39,385 nt of DNA from an uncultured Verrucomicrobiales bacterium (GTDB lineage Bacteria; Verrucomicrobiota; Verrucomicrobiia; Verrucomicrobiales; DEV007). The DNA is taken from contig CALKOM010000098.1 in NCBI GenBank assembly GCA_938091905.1, forward strand, positions 1 to 39,385, in the 5' to 3' direction. Under the pieces are notes generated by a model. It ran no database searches. It was given only the letters and a program-made list of their open reading frames with translations, and was not told where the DNA came from. The position numbers and the translations under genes were made by a program. Below are positions 1 to 8,821 of the stretch, piece by piece. How positions within the stretch are numbered: the stretch's first letter is position 1; every line of letters starts with the position of its first letter.

Positions 1-1
1 G

Positions 2-898
2 CTCACTCCGGGTCACGTCAGAGTGCGGCTTCTCGCAGCTCCGATCAACCCGGCGGATATCAACTACATTCAGGGCGTCTACGGAGTGAAACCCGAACTT
101 CCGGCCAGCCCGGGCATGGAAGGCTGCGGCGAGGTGATCGAGTCGACATCCCCCATGTTCTCGATCAATGACAAAGTCATCTTTCTCAAACGCGGCGGCC
201 TTTGGAAGGAAGAGATCATCACTGCGGCCAAGGATCTCATTGCGGTACCAGCAGAGCTCGACCCGCTGCAGGCCTGCATGTTAGGGATCAACCCGCTCAC
301 CGCCCTACTCATGTTAGAGCACTTTCGATTGCTAACTAGAGGACAATGCGTCATTCAGAACGCCGCCAACTCGAATGTCGGACGTTGTCTGCTCCAGATC
401 GCCAAGAAAAAAGGGATTGTGACCATCAATGTAGTCCGACGTTCCGAGCTATTTCGAGAACTGGAAGTGCTCGGAGCCGACCATGTCTTGCTTGATGACA
501 GCAATCTCAAACAACAAGTGCGCGCGCTTGGGCTAGCTCCCTCGTTGGCGATCAACTGTGTCGGTGGAGACAGCGCCCTGAGACAAATATCAGTGCTCGC
601 TGAAGAAGGCGTCCAAGTCACCTACGGCGCCATGTCGAAGAAAGCCATCAAGGTTTCCAATGGTGCGATGATCTTCAAACGTTTACGCTTGGAAGGCTTC
701 TGGGTCACCAAATGGCTAGAATCTGCGGAGCGTTCGATTGTCCAAGAAGCCTATCAAAAACTCGCACACATGGTCATCGCTGGTGAGCTCACGCAGGCCA
801 TCGACACCATCTATCACCTCAGCGATGTTCAAGAAGCCCTATCACATGCTCAGCAAGAACAGCGCCGCGGGAAAATCCTCTTGCGGTTCGGTTCTTGA
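2..898 (+). CDS. 2-enoyl thioester reductase (MECR/Etr1-like, MDR superfamily), 5'-truncated by the window edge
   Basis: Frame is open from base 2 (LTPGHVRVRLLAAPINPAD). Motifs PINPADIN..QGVYG, PGMEGCGEV, QNAANSNVG, VTYGAMS and LEGFW are typical of the ETR family. Confidence 0.85.
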   Translation, partial: LTPGHVRVRLLAAPINPADINYIQGVYGVKPELPASPGMEGCGEVIESTSPMFSINDKVIFLKRGGLWKEEIITAAKDLIAVPAELDPLQACMLGINPLTALLMLEHFRLLTRGQCVIQNAANSNVGRCLLQIAKKKGIVTINVVRRSELFRELEVLGADHVLLDDSNLKQQVRALGLAPSLAINCVGGDSALRQISVLAEEGVQVTYGAMSKKAIKVSNGAMIFKRLRLEGFWVTKWLESAERSIVQEAYQKLAHMVIAGELTQAIDTIYHLSDVQEALSHAQQEQRRGKILLRFGS

Positions 899-913
899 AT
901 TAGCAGATACAAG

Positions 914-945
914 AAAGACCTGTCGGGTTTCCCCAACAGGTCTTT
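914..945 (-). terminator. Intrinsic terminator between convergent genes (possibly bidirectional)
   Basis: AAAGACCTGTcGGG-tttc-CCCaACAGGTCTTT. On the minus strand the mismatch becomes a G-U pair, the loop reads GAAA and a U-rich run follows. Confidence 0.75.
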
Positions 946-963
946 GCTATAAAACCCGTTCTC

Positions 964-1328
964 TTAGACAAACTGCCAGAAGGCGATGGGGGCGCCTTGG
1001 GGGTCAGCGACGCCAGCGAAACTGCCTTTGCCAGGGATCTTGGTCTTCGGCATGCAGAGATGCGCGCCGAGTTCTTCGACCGTGAAGTCGTTGATTCAAG
1101 TCGTGGGAACATCGCCTTTCTCAGCCGCTGGCTTGATCATGCCAGCCACTGGGGCGCCCTCATTGCTGAACATCGTTAGTGCATACCACCAGGCATGGCC
1201 ATGGTCTCTTCTGTTCCGCCAAAGAGATCAGTATAGAACTTGTCGCTTCCTTTTGGGTCTTGGGTGACCAATTCTCTCCAGCTAAAGATGCCTGCAGTCT
1301 TGTCTTCGTTACGGCAACCGTCGCTCAT
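964..1328 (-). pseudogene. VOC/glyoxalase/bleomycin-resistance family protein, disrupted
   Basis: Manual translation: MSDGCRNEDKTAGIFSWRELVTQDPKGSDKFYTDLFGG..., frameshift near 1178, then TMFSNEGAPVAGMIKP...PTT*INDFTVEELGAHLCMPKTKIPGKGSFAGVADPQGAPIAFWQFV. FSWRELVTQD, FYTDLFG and DPQGA are VOC hallmarks. Confidence 0.8.
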
Positions 1329-1548
1329 GGTTTGTTTGATTTAGTTTCGATGTGTTGATTAGGGATTATGGGAAGATAGCTTCCAACTTCTTTAGCAGCC
1401 TCTAAATTCACCTCGGCTACCACCACTCGTGACCACAATCTGGGCAGGCCAGAAGGGGCCACATTCTTAGCTATACCCAGAAGCACATTTAGGACAATTT
1501 TGAAACTCACTCATAGCATCGTGTCACTCGTTCGGATCTCGCTGCCGA

Positions 1549-2946
1549 TCAAACAAGGAGATCCCGGAGCACGTTGCCATGAACATCCGTCAGACGGTAA
1601 TGGCGACCTTGAAATCGGAAAGTGAGCTTTTCGTGATGGACGCCTAGCAGATACAGCATCGTCGCGTGCAGGTCGTGTACCGAGATAGAATCCCTAGTAA
1701 TGTTGTAGCTATAATCATCTGTTTCCCCAAAGGAGTGACCCGGCTTGATACCGCCACCAGCAAGCCAGATGCTAAAGCAGCGCGGGTGATGATCTCGCCC
1801 GTAGGTCTTCGCCGTTAGTTTTCCCTGACAGTAAACTGTTCTCCCAAATTCACCGCCCCACACGACGAGCGTTTCATCAAGTAGACCGCGCTGCTTGAGA
1901 TCGGTCACTAGAGCGGCACTTGCTTGATCCGTCTCCTGACACCGCGCGCGCAGCTGGTTTGGCAAATTGCCATGCGTGTCCCAGCCACGATGGAAAAGCT
2001 GAACGAAACGGGTGCCGCGTTCACTCAAACGCCGGGCCATGAGCACATTGTAGGCATAGGTACCGGGTTTGCGGGCCTCGTCGCCATAGAGACGGAAGGT
2101 GGATTCGGGCTCGTCAGAGACATCCGTTAGTTCAGGCACGGAAGTTTGCATGCGATAGGCCATCTCGTATTGGGCAATGCGTGCCTCGATCTCCTGGTCG
2201 CCCGTGGCTTCGAGTCGGAGGCGATTGAGCTTACCTAGATCATCCAAAGTCTGCCGGCGAAGTGTAGACGACATGCCGGCTGGATTATTGAGATAAAGAA
2301 CGGGATCTTTTCCTGAACGAAAGCGCACACCTTGATGCTCAGATGGAAGGAATCCCGCACCCCAGAGTCGATCGTAGAGCGGTTGACCACCATTGCCGGA
2401 AAGCATGGCCACGAAGGTGGGCAAGTTCTCGTTGGCGTTCCCCAATCCGTAGCTCAGCCACGCCCCCATGCTCGGTCTGCCCGCTATTTGAAAACCGGTT
2501 TGCAGGAAGGTGATGGCGGGATCGTGATTAATTGCCTCGGTTTCTAGCGATTTCACCACACAGATATCGTCGGCCACTTTACCAAGATGCGGCATGACTT
2601 CAGACAACCAGAGCCCGCTCTCACCGTGTTGGTGAAAGTCAAAGGTGCTCGCGGCGACCGGAAACGAGGTTTGGCCAGCAGTCATGCCGGTAAGGCGTTG
2701 CCCGTTGAACACGGAGTCCGGAACATCGTCGCCTTGATGCGCTCGCAGTTGCGGTTTGTAGTCGAGGAGATCGAGCTGAGGCGGTCCACCAGACTGGAAG
2801 AGGTAGATGATACGCTTGGCTTTCGGCGCCACAGTCGCCGGTGCCATTCCGTGGGCTAATTGTCCCAACGCAAGAGCGCCGAGTCCGCCCGCCGCCCGCT
2901 GGAGAAACTGGCGACGAGAATGTTCATGAAGAGCTTGAGCGATCAT
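1549..2946 (-). CDS. DUF1501 domain protein (sulfatase-like fold) with Tat-type signal
   Basis: SRRQFL leader; AKRIIYLFQSGGPPQLDLLDYKP, RPSMGAWLSYGLG, GEFGRT, GRDHHP and RLTDVHG motifs. Confidence 0.92.
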   Translation of the reverse strand: MIAQALHEHSRRQFLQRAAGGLGALALGQLAHGMAPATVAPKAKRIIYLFQSGGPPQLDLLDYKPQLRAHQGDDVPDSVFNGQRLTGMTAGQTSFPVAASTFDFHQHGESGLWLSEVMPHLGKVADDICVVKSLETEAINHDPAITFLQTGFQIAGRPSMGAWLSYGLGNANENLPTFVAMLSGNGGQPLYDRLWGAGFLPSEHQGVRFRSGKDPVLYLNNPAGMSSTLRRQTLDDLGKLNRLRLEATGDQEIEARIAQYEMAYRMQTSVPELTDVSDEPESTFRLYGDEARKPGTYAYNVLMARRLSERGTRFVQLFHRGWDTHGNLPNQLRARCQETDQASAALVTDLKQRGLLDETLVVWGGEFGRTVYCQGKLTAKTYGRDHHPRCFSIWLAGGGIKPGHSFGETDDYSYNITRDSISVHDLHATMLYLLGVHHEKLTFRFQGRHYRLTDVHGNVLRDLLV

Positions 2947-5927
2947 TCTCGAGTCGTGACTTCGTCTAAGTTAAGTAGCATGTTTGCGAGCGCTGTCGCT
3001 GCGGCCAGCTCGATCGGATCGATCTCTTTAGGGACAGGCGACTGTCCAACGTGGAGAGACGCGCGCGCTGCGCCGACGTCGTTGGCAAATGCGTTTGTGT
3101 AAGTAACCAGAGCATTCTCCAGCACCACAGATTCTTCTTTCGTCGGAAGACGGGAAGTCAGCGCCTGAAAGACAAAGGCGATTTGATCAGACAAGCTTCC
3201 CTTCCTTGAGATGAAACGTTCTCCCAGATGTCTGGCAGCTTCATAGAACGCCGTCTCATTGAGCAATGTAAGAGCCTGCAAGGGCGTGTTCGTCCTCTTC
3301 GGCCTTACCGAACACCATTCGCGATCAGCGGTATCGAGCATCGCCAAGGCAGGCGGTGCTAATGTCCGCTTCCAGTAAGTGTAGAGGCTTCGGCGATAGA
3401 GATCGTCACCCTTGCCCACCTTGTAACTAAAGTTACTCGCCTCTTGCCACAACTTAGCTGGTTGATAGGGTTTGACCGAAGGACCACCCTGGGCCTCGAC
3501 CAGCAGCCCACTGACAGAGAGCGCCTGATCCCGAAGAACATTCCCAGACAATCGCCGCCTCATCGCACGACTGAGAAGGCGATTATCAGGATCCTGCAAA
3601 CGATGGGATTCCGTGATCACCGAAGACTGCCGGTAGGTAGCACTGGAAACGATCTGGCGAATAAGGTGCTGTACATCCCACCCATTCTCCATGAAATCCA
3701 CGGCTAACCAGTCGAGCAATTCAGGGTGCGAAGGAGGGCTACCTTGGGCACCGAAGTCCTCTGCCGTCTTGACCAACCCGCGCCCAAAGAGCCTTTGCCA
3801 ATAACGGTTTACGGTCACCCGAGCCACCAGTGGATGATCCCCACTGACAAGCCATTGAGCAAAGCCCAACCGATTGTTAGGAAAGCGCCTCGGCATGGCT
3901 GGAAAGACTGCTGGAGTACCGCGATTCACGCGTTCACCCATGGCATCGTAGACACCACGATCGCGAACAAAAGTTGGCTTGGCCTCTGTAGGCTCCTCCA
4001 TGATCATGCTTGTCGGCAATCCGTCTTCAAAGTCTAACAATGCCTTATCGGCCGCCCTCAATTCCATTGCCAACTCTTTGAGAAGACCTGTCGCCCCGTG
4101 CTCAAGAAAGCGGTGTCGTACCGCTTCCTCACCCTGGCTTGCAGCGAGCAAGCTTACTTCACGTTCGGTTAGAGTTCGCTTTACATAGAAGCGAAGGTCC
4201 TCAATTTGCCCTTGGTAGGGAGCCACATGGGGGCTCGTTCCAAACTTCATGGCCGCACCATGATTGTCACCAGATTTGTTGCTATTCGTATTGTGAAGCA
4301 CCCGCGTCTCGACGCGCTTCCCATTCACATAAATGCACATGCCCTTGGAACGTTGGGTACCATCATTGGTCATCGCCACATGTATCGTCTCGTTCGTTTC
4401 CAAAGCTTGCAGGGTCTCTAACGTTGCCACACCAGCGATCCACCGGGTGATGATTTGGAAACGGAGATGCCCGTCTTTCAATCGGATCAGGATTCCCTGA
4501 CGCTCGCCTCCTGGCGACTCACTTGAGAGGATGGCCCCATCAGACACGTCTTTCGGTGATAGACGGAAGGCAATAGAGAAGCGGTTGTTGCAGATCAATC
4601 CAGGGATCTTTCCAAGAGCAGTAGGCTCAGACAACGTCTTCGTCTTGTGAAGCGCAAGAGCATCCGCTAAAAGCGGTGCTCCGGAGTGGCTCGACTGCAT
4701 CCACTCTTTCATGGCGACGCCTATCGCTTCGCTTTCTCTCTCCAACGCAGCTTTCGCCTTGTCGACGTGTCCGCGTAAGGTCTCCCATCTACGTTGCTGC
4801 GCTCTCGTCGGTGCCTTGATCCAGGGCTCTGAGTTGCCAAACTTGATCGCGCGGCCAGACTCGGGAACATTGTTAAAGTAGGCGATCAGCTGATAGTACT
4901 CCTTCTGAGACAAAGGATCGTATTTGTGATCATGGCAACGCGCACAACCAGCAGTGATTCCCATCCAAATAGTCGATGTCGTGTCCACGCGATCTACGGC
5001 ATTTTCTAACAGAAACTCTTCCAGCACCAAGCCCGATTCAGAGTTGTAGCGATGGTTCCGGTTGAACCCCGTGGCGATGGTTTGCTCTAAACTAGCATTC
5101 GGCAACAAATCGCCCGCCAACTGTTCGATCGTGAACTGATCGAAAGGCATGTTCGCGTTGTAAGCCTCTATGACCCAATCTCGCCAGCGCCACATGTCTC
5201 GCGGGCCATCATTCTGATAGCCGTCGGTGTCGGCATAGCGCGCTGCTTCTAACCACTGCCAAGCCATGTGTTCACCATAACGCGGCGACTGAAAGAGCCG
5301 CGTGATCAGTTGATCGAGAGCCTTGGGCGAATCGTCATTCACAAAGGCGGCCACCTGTTCCGGCGACGGTGGTATTCCGGTAAGATCGAGACTTAATCGA
5401 CGTAACAACGTTGCTTTGCTAGCCTCTGGTGAAGGCGCTAGACCTGCGTCTTTCAGGTGCTTCAGCACAAAGTGATCGATCTCGTGGCGAGTCCACGATT
5501 CATTTCGCACTTGAGGTAGTGCAGTTTTCACTGGCGCCACAAACGCCCAGTGCTTCGCCCATAGGGCGCCTTGCTCAATCCAATCATGCAAGGTTACCTT
5601 CTGCGACTCTGTAAGTTGCTTCGGGGAATCGCTCGGCGGCATACGCTCCTCAAGATCCTCATGAATGATACGTTCGATCAACGGGCTTTCATCAGGGTTC
5701 CCAGCGACAAGAACAGCAAGCGCGCCCTCTTCTGTGTCGAGTCTTAGGTCACCCTTGCGCTGCGCTGCGTCGGGTCCATGGCATTGGAAACAGTTGTCCG
5801 ATAAGATCGGACGAACTTCGCCATTGAAATCTATCGTATCGGCCACCGCAACGCCCACGCCAATCACACCGAGTGAAAGTCGGCCGAGCAGAGAGGACAG
5901 AAATTGGCGCACAACAGATCGTCCCAA
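2943..5927 (-). CDS. DUF1553/DUF1549 (PSD1/PSCyt2) protein with N-terminal planctomycete cytochrome c domain and LamG-like insertion; start uncertain
   Basis: IDFNGEVRPILSDNCFQCHGPD (CxxCH), RMPP, WLEAARYADTDG, CARCHDHKYDP, HPELLDWLA and TNTPLQALTLLN. 4-nt overlap with the DUF1501 gene. Confidence 0.92.
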   Translation of the reverse strand: MGRSVVRQFLSSLLGRLSLGVIGVGVAVADTIDFNGEVRPILSDNCFQCHGPDAAQRKGDLRLDTEEGALAVLVAGNPDESPLIERIIHEDLEERMPPSDSPKQLTESQKVTLHDWIEQGALWAKHWAFVAPVKTALPQVRNESWTRHEIDHFVLKHLKDAGLAPSPEASKATLLRRLSLDLTGIPPSPEQVAAFVNDDSPKALDQLITRLFQSPRYGEHMAWQWLEAARYADTDGYQNDGPRDMWRWRDWVIEAYNANMPFDQFTIEQLAGDLLPNASLEQTIATGFNRNHRYNSESGLVLEEFLLENAVDRVDTTSTIWMGITAGCARCHDHKYDPLSQKEYYQLIAYFNNVPESGRAIKFGNSEPWIKAPTRAQQRRWETLRGHVDKAKAALERESEAIGVAMKEWMQSSHSGAPLLADALALHKTKTLSEPTALGKIPGLICNNRFSIAFRLSPKDVSDGAILSSESPGGERQGILIRLKDGHLRFQIITRWIAGVATLETLQALETNETIHVAMTNDGTQRSKGMCIYVNGKRVETRVLHNTNSNKSGDNHGAAMKFGTSPHVAPYQGQIEDLRFYVKRTLTEREVSLLAASQGEEAVRHRFLEHGATGLLKELAMELRAADKALLDFEDGLPTSMIMEEPTEAKPTFVRDRGVYDAMGERVNRGTPAVFPAMPRRFPNNRLGFAQWLVSGDHPLVARVTVNRYWQRLFGRGLVKTAEDFGAQGSPPSHPELLDWLAVDFMENGWDVQHLIRQIVSSATYRQSSVITESHRLQDPDNRLLSRAMRRRLSGNVLRDQALSVSGLLVEAQGGPSVKPYQPAKLWQEASNFSYKVGKGDDLYRRSLYTYWKRTLAPPALAMLDTADREWCSVRPKRTNTPLQALTLLNETAFYEAARHLGERFISRKGSLSDQIAFVFQALTSRLPTKEESVVLENALVTYTNAFANDVGAARASLHVGQSPVPKEIDPIELAAATALANMLLNLDEVTTRE

Positions 5928-5935
5928 ACGAGGGA

Positions 5936-7336
5936 TTATTGTTCAACCTCTACCTCTTCCAAACGGCGCGTTTCAGGATCGATTTCGATCACCCGACGAA
6001 TCCACTTTGGCTGATCCTCCGCATGATGGCTCGTCATCACGAAGGTGCATTCACCAGACGAAGCCATGACGTCGAAGTAGGCAAAGACCTCTTCACGCAC
6101 ATCAGCATCCAGCCCATCGAACGGCTCGTCCAACAAGACTAGCCTCGGGTTTGCCACCAGCACTCTTGCAAGAAGCACCCGACGCGCCTGCCCGTAAGAC
6201 AAGGTATCAAATGGGCGCTCAAGAAGAGCCGTGACCCCAAATCTCTTGGCCGTCGCCCGCATCGTTTCTCGCTGCTGCTCGTTTACCGGGTCGTAGAGAT
6301 CGATGGTCGAGAAGATGCCTGACAAGATTACTTCTTGAACGTCTTGCTCTGGCCGGAACCAGGCATGCATGTCTGGCTGGAAATAGCTGACCTGCTTTCT
6401 CAACTCGCGAACCGTGAGGTCAGGATTGCTAAAGTGAGTCACCTGCCCACCCACCTTGAGATGAAGCTCCCCCCAAAGTAGTCGAAGAAACGAGGTCTTT
6501 CCGGATCCATTGACACCTAACACTGCGGTGTGTTGCCCACGGAACAGCGTCCAATCCAAGTCCTGGACAAGCAGCTGGCTCTCCAAATAGAGATCGCCCT
6601 GGACGTGAACAAGAACCTCATCGCTGTCCACCACTCCCACACGAGCAGGCTCAACCTTAAGAGCGCCGCTCGCCATTGGTTCGACATCGAGCGCTTGCCA
6701 TCCTTCTAGCAGCGGCGCATCTCGATGCGTGGTCAAGACGATCGCTTTCCCGGCCATCCTGGGACTAGCCAACATCGCCCAGAGTGACTCCCGAGCCTCC
6801 TGATCAAGGCCTTCTGCAAATTCATCTAGCAAGAGAACATCAGGATCATTGGCCAATGCTCGTGCGATTAACACCCGTCGACGCTCGCCTTGAGACAGTT
6901 CAAGAAAGGGGCGGTCCCATAGCTCACGAATGCCTAACTGATCCATGAGTTCACCAAGGCGAGCGAACTCCTCAGCTCGCGGCCGCTCATGAAGGATGTC
7001 GGTATCAAGAAAGCCTGTAGCAACGACCTCGGCAGCCGTGAGGTCCCAGTCCTGATGCAGATAGCGATTCTGACGCTCGGGAGTAAGCAAAGTCACCCGG
7101 CCCTTCGCTGCGAGCGGGCTCCAAGTCGATTCTTCAGCGTCAAACTGGTAGCGACGCTGCTCATGTTGACCAGGCGCTGGCCAAAGTTCTCCTGCCAGAA
7201 CTCGAAGCAACGTGGATTTGCCACAGCCATTGGGACCGCGCACCCACCAGCGATCACCGCGCTGGATGGACCAAGGGCCTACTTGGCAAATTTTCTCGCC
7301 CCCCTGGCAAAGATCGATACGATCAATGCGAATCAC
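5936..7336 (-). CDS. ABC ATP-binding protein with two nucleotide-binding domains (ModF-like)
   Basis: Two Walker A motifs (GPNGCGKS, GVNGSGKT), two signatures (LSQGE, LSYGQ), two Walker B motifs (LLLDE, VLLDEP); no TM segments. Confidence 0.85.
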   Translation of the reverse strand: MIRIDRIDLCQGGEKICQVGPWSIQRGDRWWVRGPNGCGKSTLLRVLAGELWPAPGQHEQRRYQFDAEESTWSPLAAKGRVTLLTPERQNRYLHQDWDLTAAEVVATGFLDTDILHERPRAEEFARLGELMDQLGIRELWDRPFLELSQGERRRVLIARALANDPDVLLLDEFAEGLDQEARESLWAMLASPRMAGKAIVLTTHRDAPLLEGWQALDVEPMASGALKVEPARVGVVDSDEVLVHVQGDLYLESQLLVQDLDWTLFRGQHTAVLGVNGSGKTSFLRLLWGELHLKVGGQVTHFSNPDLTVRELRKQVSYFQPDMHAWFRPEQDVQEVILSGIFSTIDLYDPVNEQQRETMRATAKRFGVTALLERPFDTLSYGQARRVLLARVLVANPRLVLLDEPFDGLDADVREEVFAYFDVMASSGECTFVMTSHHAEDQPKWIRRVIEIDPETRRLEEVEVEQ

Positions 7337-7911
7337 TCGGCGGCCAAGGCTTGCGTCGTTTTCACCAACTGATCCACGACACGTTGCACTGCCTTTGCAG
7401 CCGGTGAGTCCTTCAGCGCTCCGGAGTCATCGAAGGCGTCGTAGGCTCCACCTAGCGCATGTTGGTTAGGCACAACAGTGACCCCAATGTTCCCTAGGAT
7501 CTCTCGCACGTGACGCAGGCCACGCAGGCCACCAAGCCCACCTGGAAAGGCCCCCAAGAGTCCTGCCACTTTGCCGCGAAAGGCAGCCAGCGGAAGCTCT
7601 TCTTCCGTAGCAGGGCGCGAGCACCAATCGATGACGTTCTTTAACAGAGGTGTGATCGAGCCATTGTATTCTGGACAGGCTAACAAGATACCTTGATGCT
7701 CATTCATCAACGCTTTGAATTTCTTAGCGCTGTCCGGCATCCCATCTGCTTCTTCCAAGTCGCCGTCATAAAGTGGCATGGGGTAGGATGCCAGGTCGAC
7801 GACGGTCACCTCGGCGTCCGTTAGTTTAGCGGCGGCCCCGAGCAAACGCCGATTAACGGATTCACGGCGAGCGCTACCGGCGAAAGCAAGGATCTTGATC
7901 GATTGGCTCAT
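7333..7911 (-). CDS. NAD(P)H-dependent FMN reductase
   Basis: MSQSIKILAFAGSARRES, PEYNGS.TPLLKNVIDW and GGLGGLRGL motifs. Start moved to the ATG at 7911, where the domain begins. Confidence 0.9.
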   Translation of the reverse strand: MSQSIKILAFAGSARRESVNRRLLGAAAKLTDAEVTVVDLASYPMPLYDGDLEEADGMPDSAKKFKALMNEHQGILLACPEYNGSITPLLKNVIDWCSRPATEEELPLAAFRGKVAGLLGAFPGGLGGLRGLRHVREILGNIGVTVVPNQHALGGAYDAFDDSGALKDSPAAKAVQRVVDQLVKTTQALAAE

Positions 7912-8058
7912 AAAGCCACTGTCCACAGGATCATTCTTGGGTAAACCAGATTCGCAGCAATCGGCGTGCTCCAGACGACTGAGAGACGGTGTCACACACA
8001 AAATATCACCGTGATTCACAGGAGAGACGATATCGACAACACCATTGCCACTGTTGCC

Positions 8059-8238
8059 CTAGTCCGAATGATTACCCGCATTTGTTGCTACCCGATCTAG
8101 GCGGGGGCGTTTGTCATCGTCCCATAGGGGATTACGCGCATCAGGAACAGGACTTACCTCGTTTAGAATGACACCGGCGTGGACCATCCCAGAATAGAAG
8201 GTTGCCACACTAACGCAGAACAATAACGAAACACGCAT
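8059..8238 (-). pseudogene. 59-codon ORF, probable N-terminal remnant of a secreted (lamin-tail-domain-like) protein
   Basis: GGAGG 4 nt before ATG; signal-peptide-like MRVSLLFCVSVATFYSGMVHA followed by GVILNEV, then an early TAG. Confidence 0.4.
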
Positions 8239-8366
8239 GAGACCTCCGTTTAATTGGTCAGCCTAACGGCACTCGCAGTCCAATTTTGAGATTATAGCTT
8301 CTCAGATTTGACGCGACGGACGGAACCCTATAGGGAGAAATCCAGATTTCATCTCAATCTCCTCTC

Positions 8367-8729
8367 ATGTATCAGCTCGAAGGCTCTATCAAACTCATCA
8401 GTCCCGCCCAAACGTTTCCCAGTGGTTTCGTAAAGCGAGAATTTGTCGTCACCACGGACGATCAGTATCCTCAGGACATCAAATTGGAGCTGACCAAAGA
8501 GAAATGCTCCCTCCTTGACCCCATCAGCCAAGGCCAGCGCATCTCGGTCAGCTTTCGCATTCGCGGCAACGAGTACCAGGGCAAGTACTACGTGAATCTC
8601 CAAGCCTACAAGATCGATGCCGGAGCAGGCGGTGGAAGTTCCGATGGTCCCGGTCTCAGCGAGCCACCTCCTGGCCACATGGATGGTCCCGGCAACGAGC
8701 CCTCCGCTGAAGAGAGTAGCCCCTTTTAA
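8367..8729 (+). CDS. DUF3127 domain protein (SSB/OB-fold-like with acidic tail)
   Basis: SGFVKREFVVTT.DQYPQDI, VSFRIRGNEYQGKYYVNLQAYKI, and a flexible Gly/Pro tail ending EESSPF. Confidence 0.85.
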   Translation: MYQLEGSIKLISPAQTFPSGFVKREFVVTTDDQYPQDIKLELTKEKCSLLDPISQGQRISVSFRIRGNEYQGKYYVNLQAYKIDAGAGGGSSDGPGLSEPPPGHMDGPGNEPSAEESSPF

Positions 8730-8731
8730 GG

Positions 8732-8808
8732 TTTACGCGCCATTTCACGCCAAATATGGCGCGTAAATACTTGTAATTGGCGCATGTTGGCGCGTGAACT
8801 CGCGCCAA
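8732..8808. repeat. Two inverted repeats built from a CGCGCCA core upstream of the Fic gene
   Basis: TTTACGCGCCAT (8732-8743) pairs with ATGGCGCGTAAA (8756-8767); TTGGCGCG (8787-8794) pairs with CGCGCCAA (8801-8808). Confidence 0.7.
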
Positions 8809-8821
8809 ACGGCTATTTTGC

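Noticed and set aside
1096..1098. In-frame TGA in the VOC gene as Sec or Trp recoding
   Set aside because: The same gene also has a frameshift and an apparent deletion, no SECIS-like hairpin was seen, and TGA is a normal stop for many genes here.
1325..1510. 61-aa ORF with an SDR-like fragment (VVVAEVNLEAAKEV)
   Set aside because: Similarity is too short to support a call.
7912..8019. N-terminal extension of the FMN reductase ORF
   Set aside because: The domain begins at MSQSIKILAF; the extension looks non-coding.
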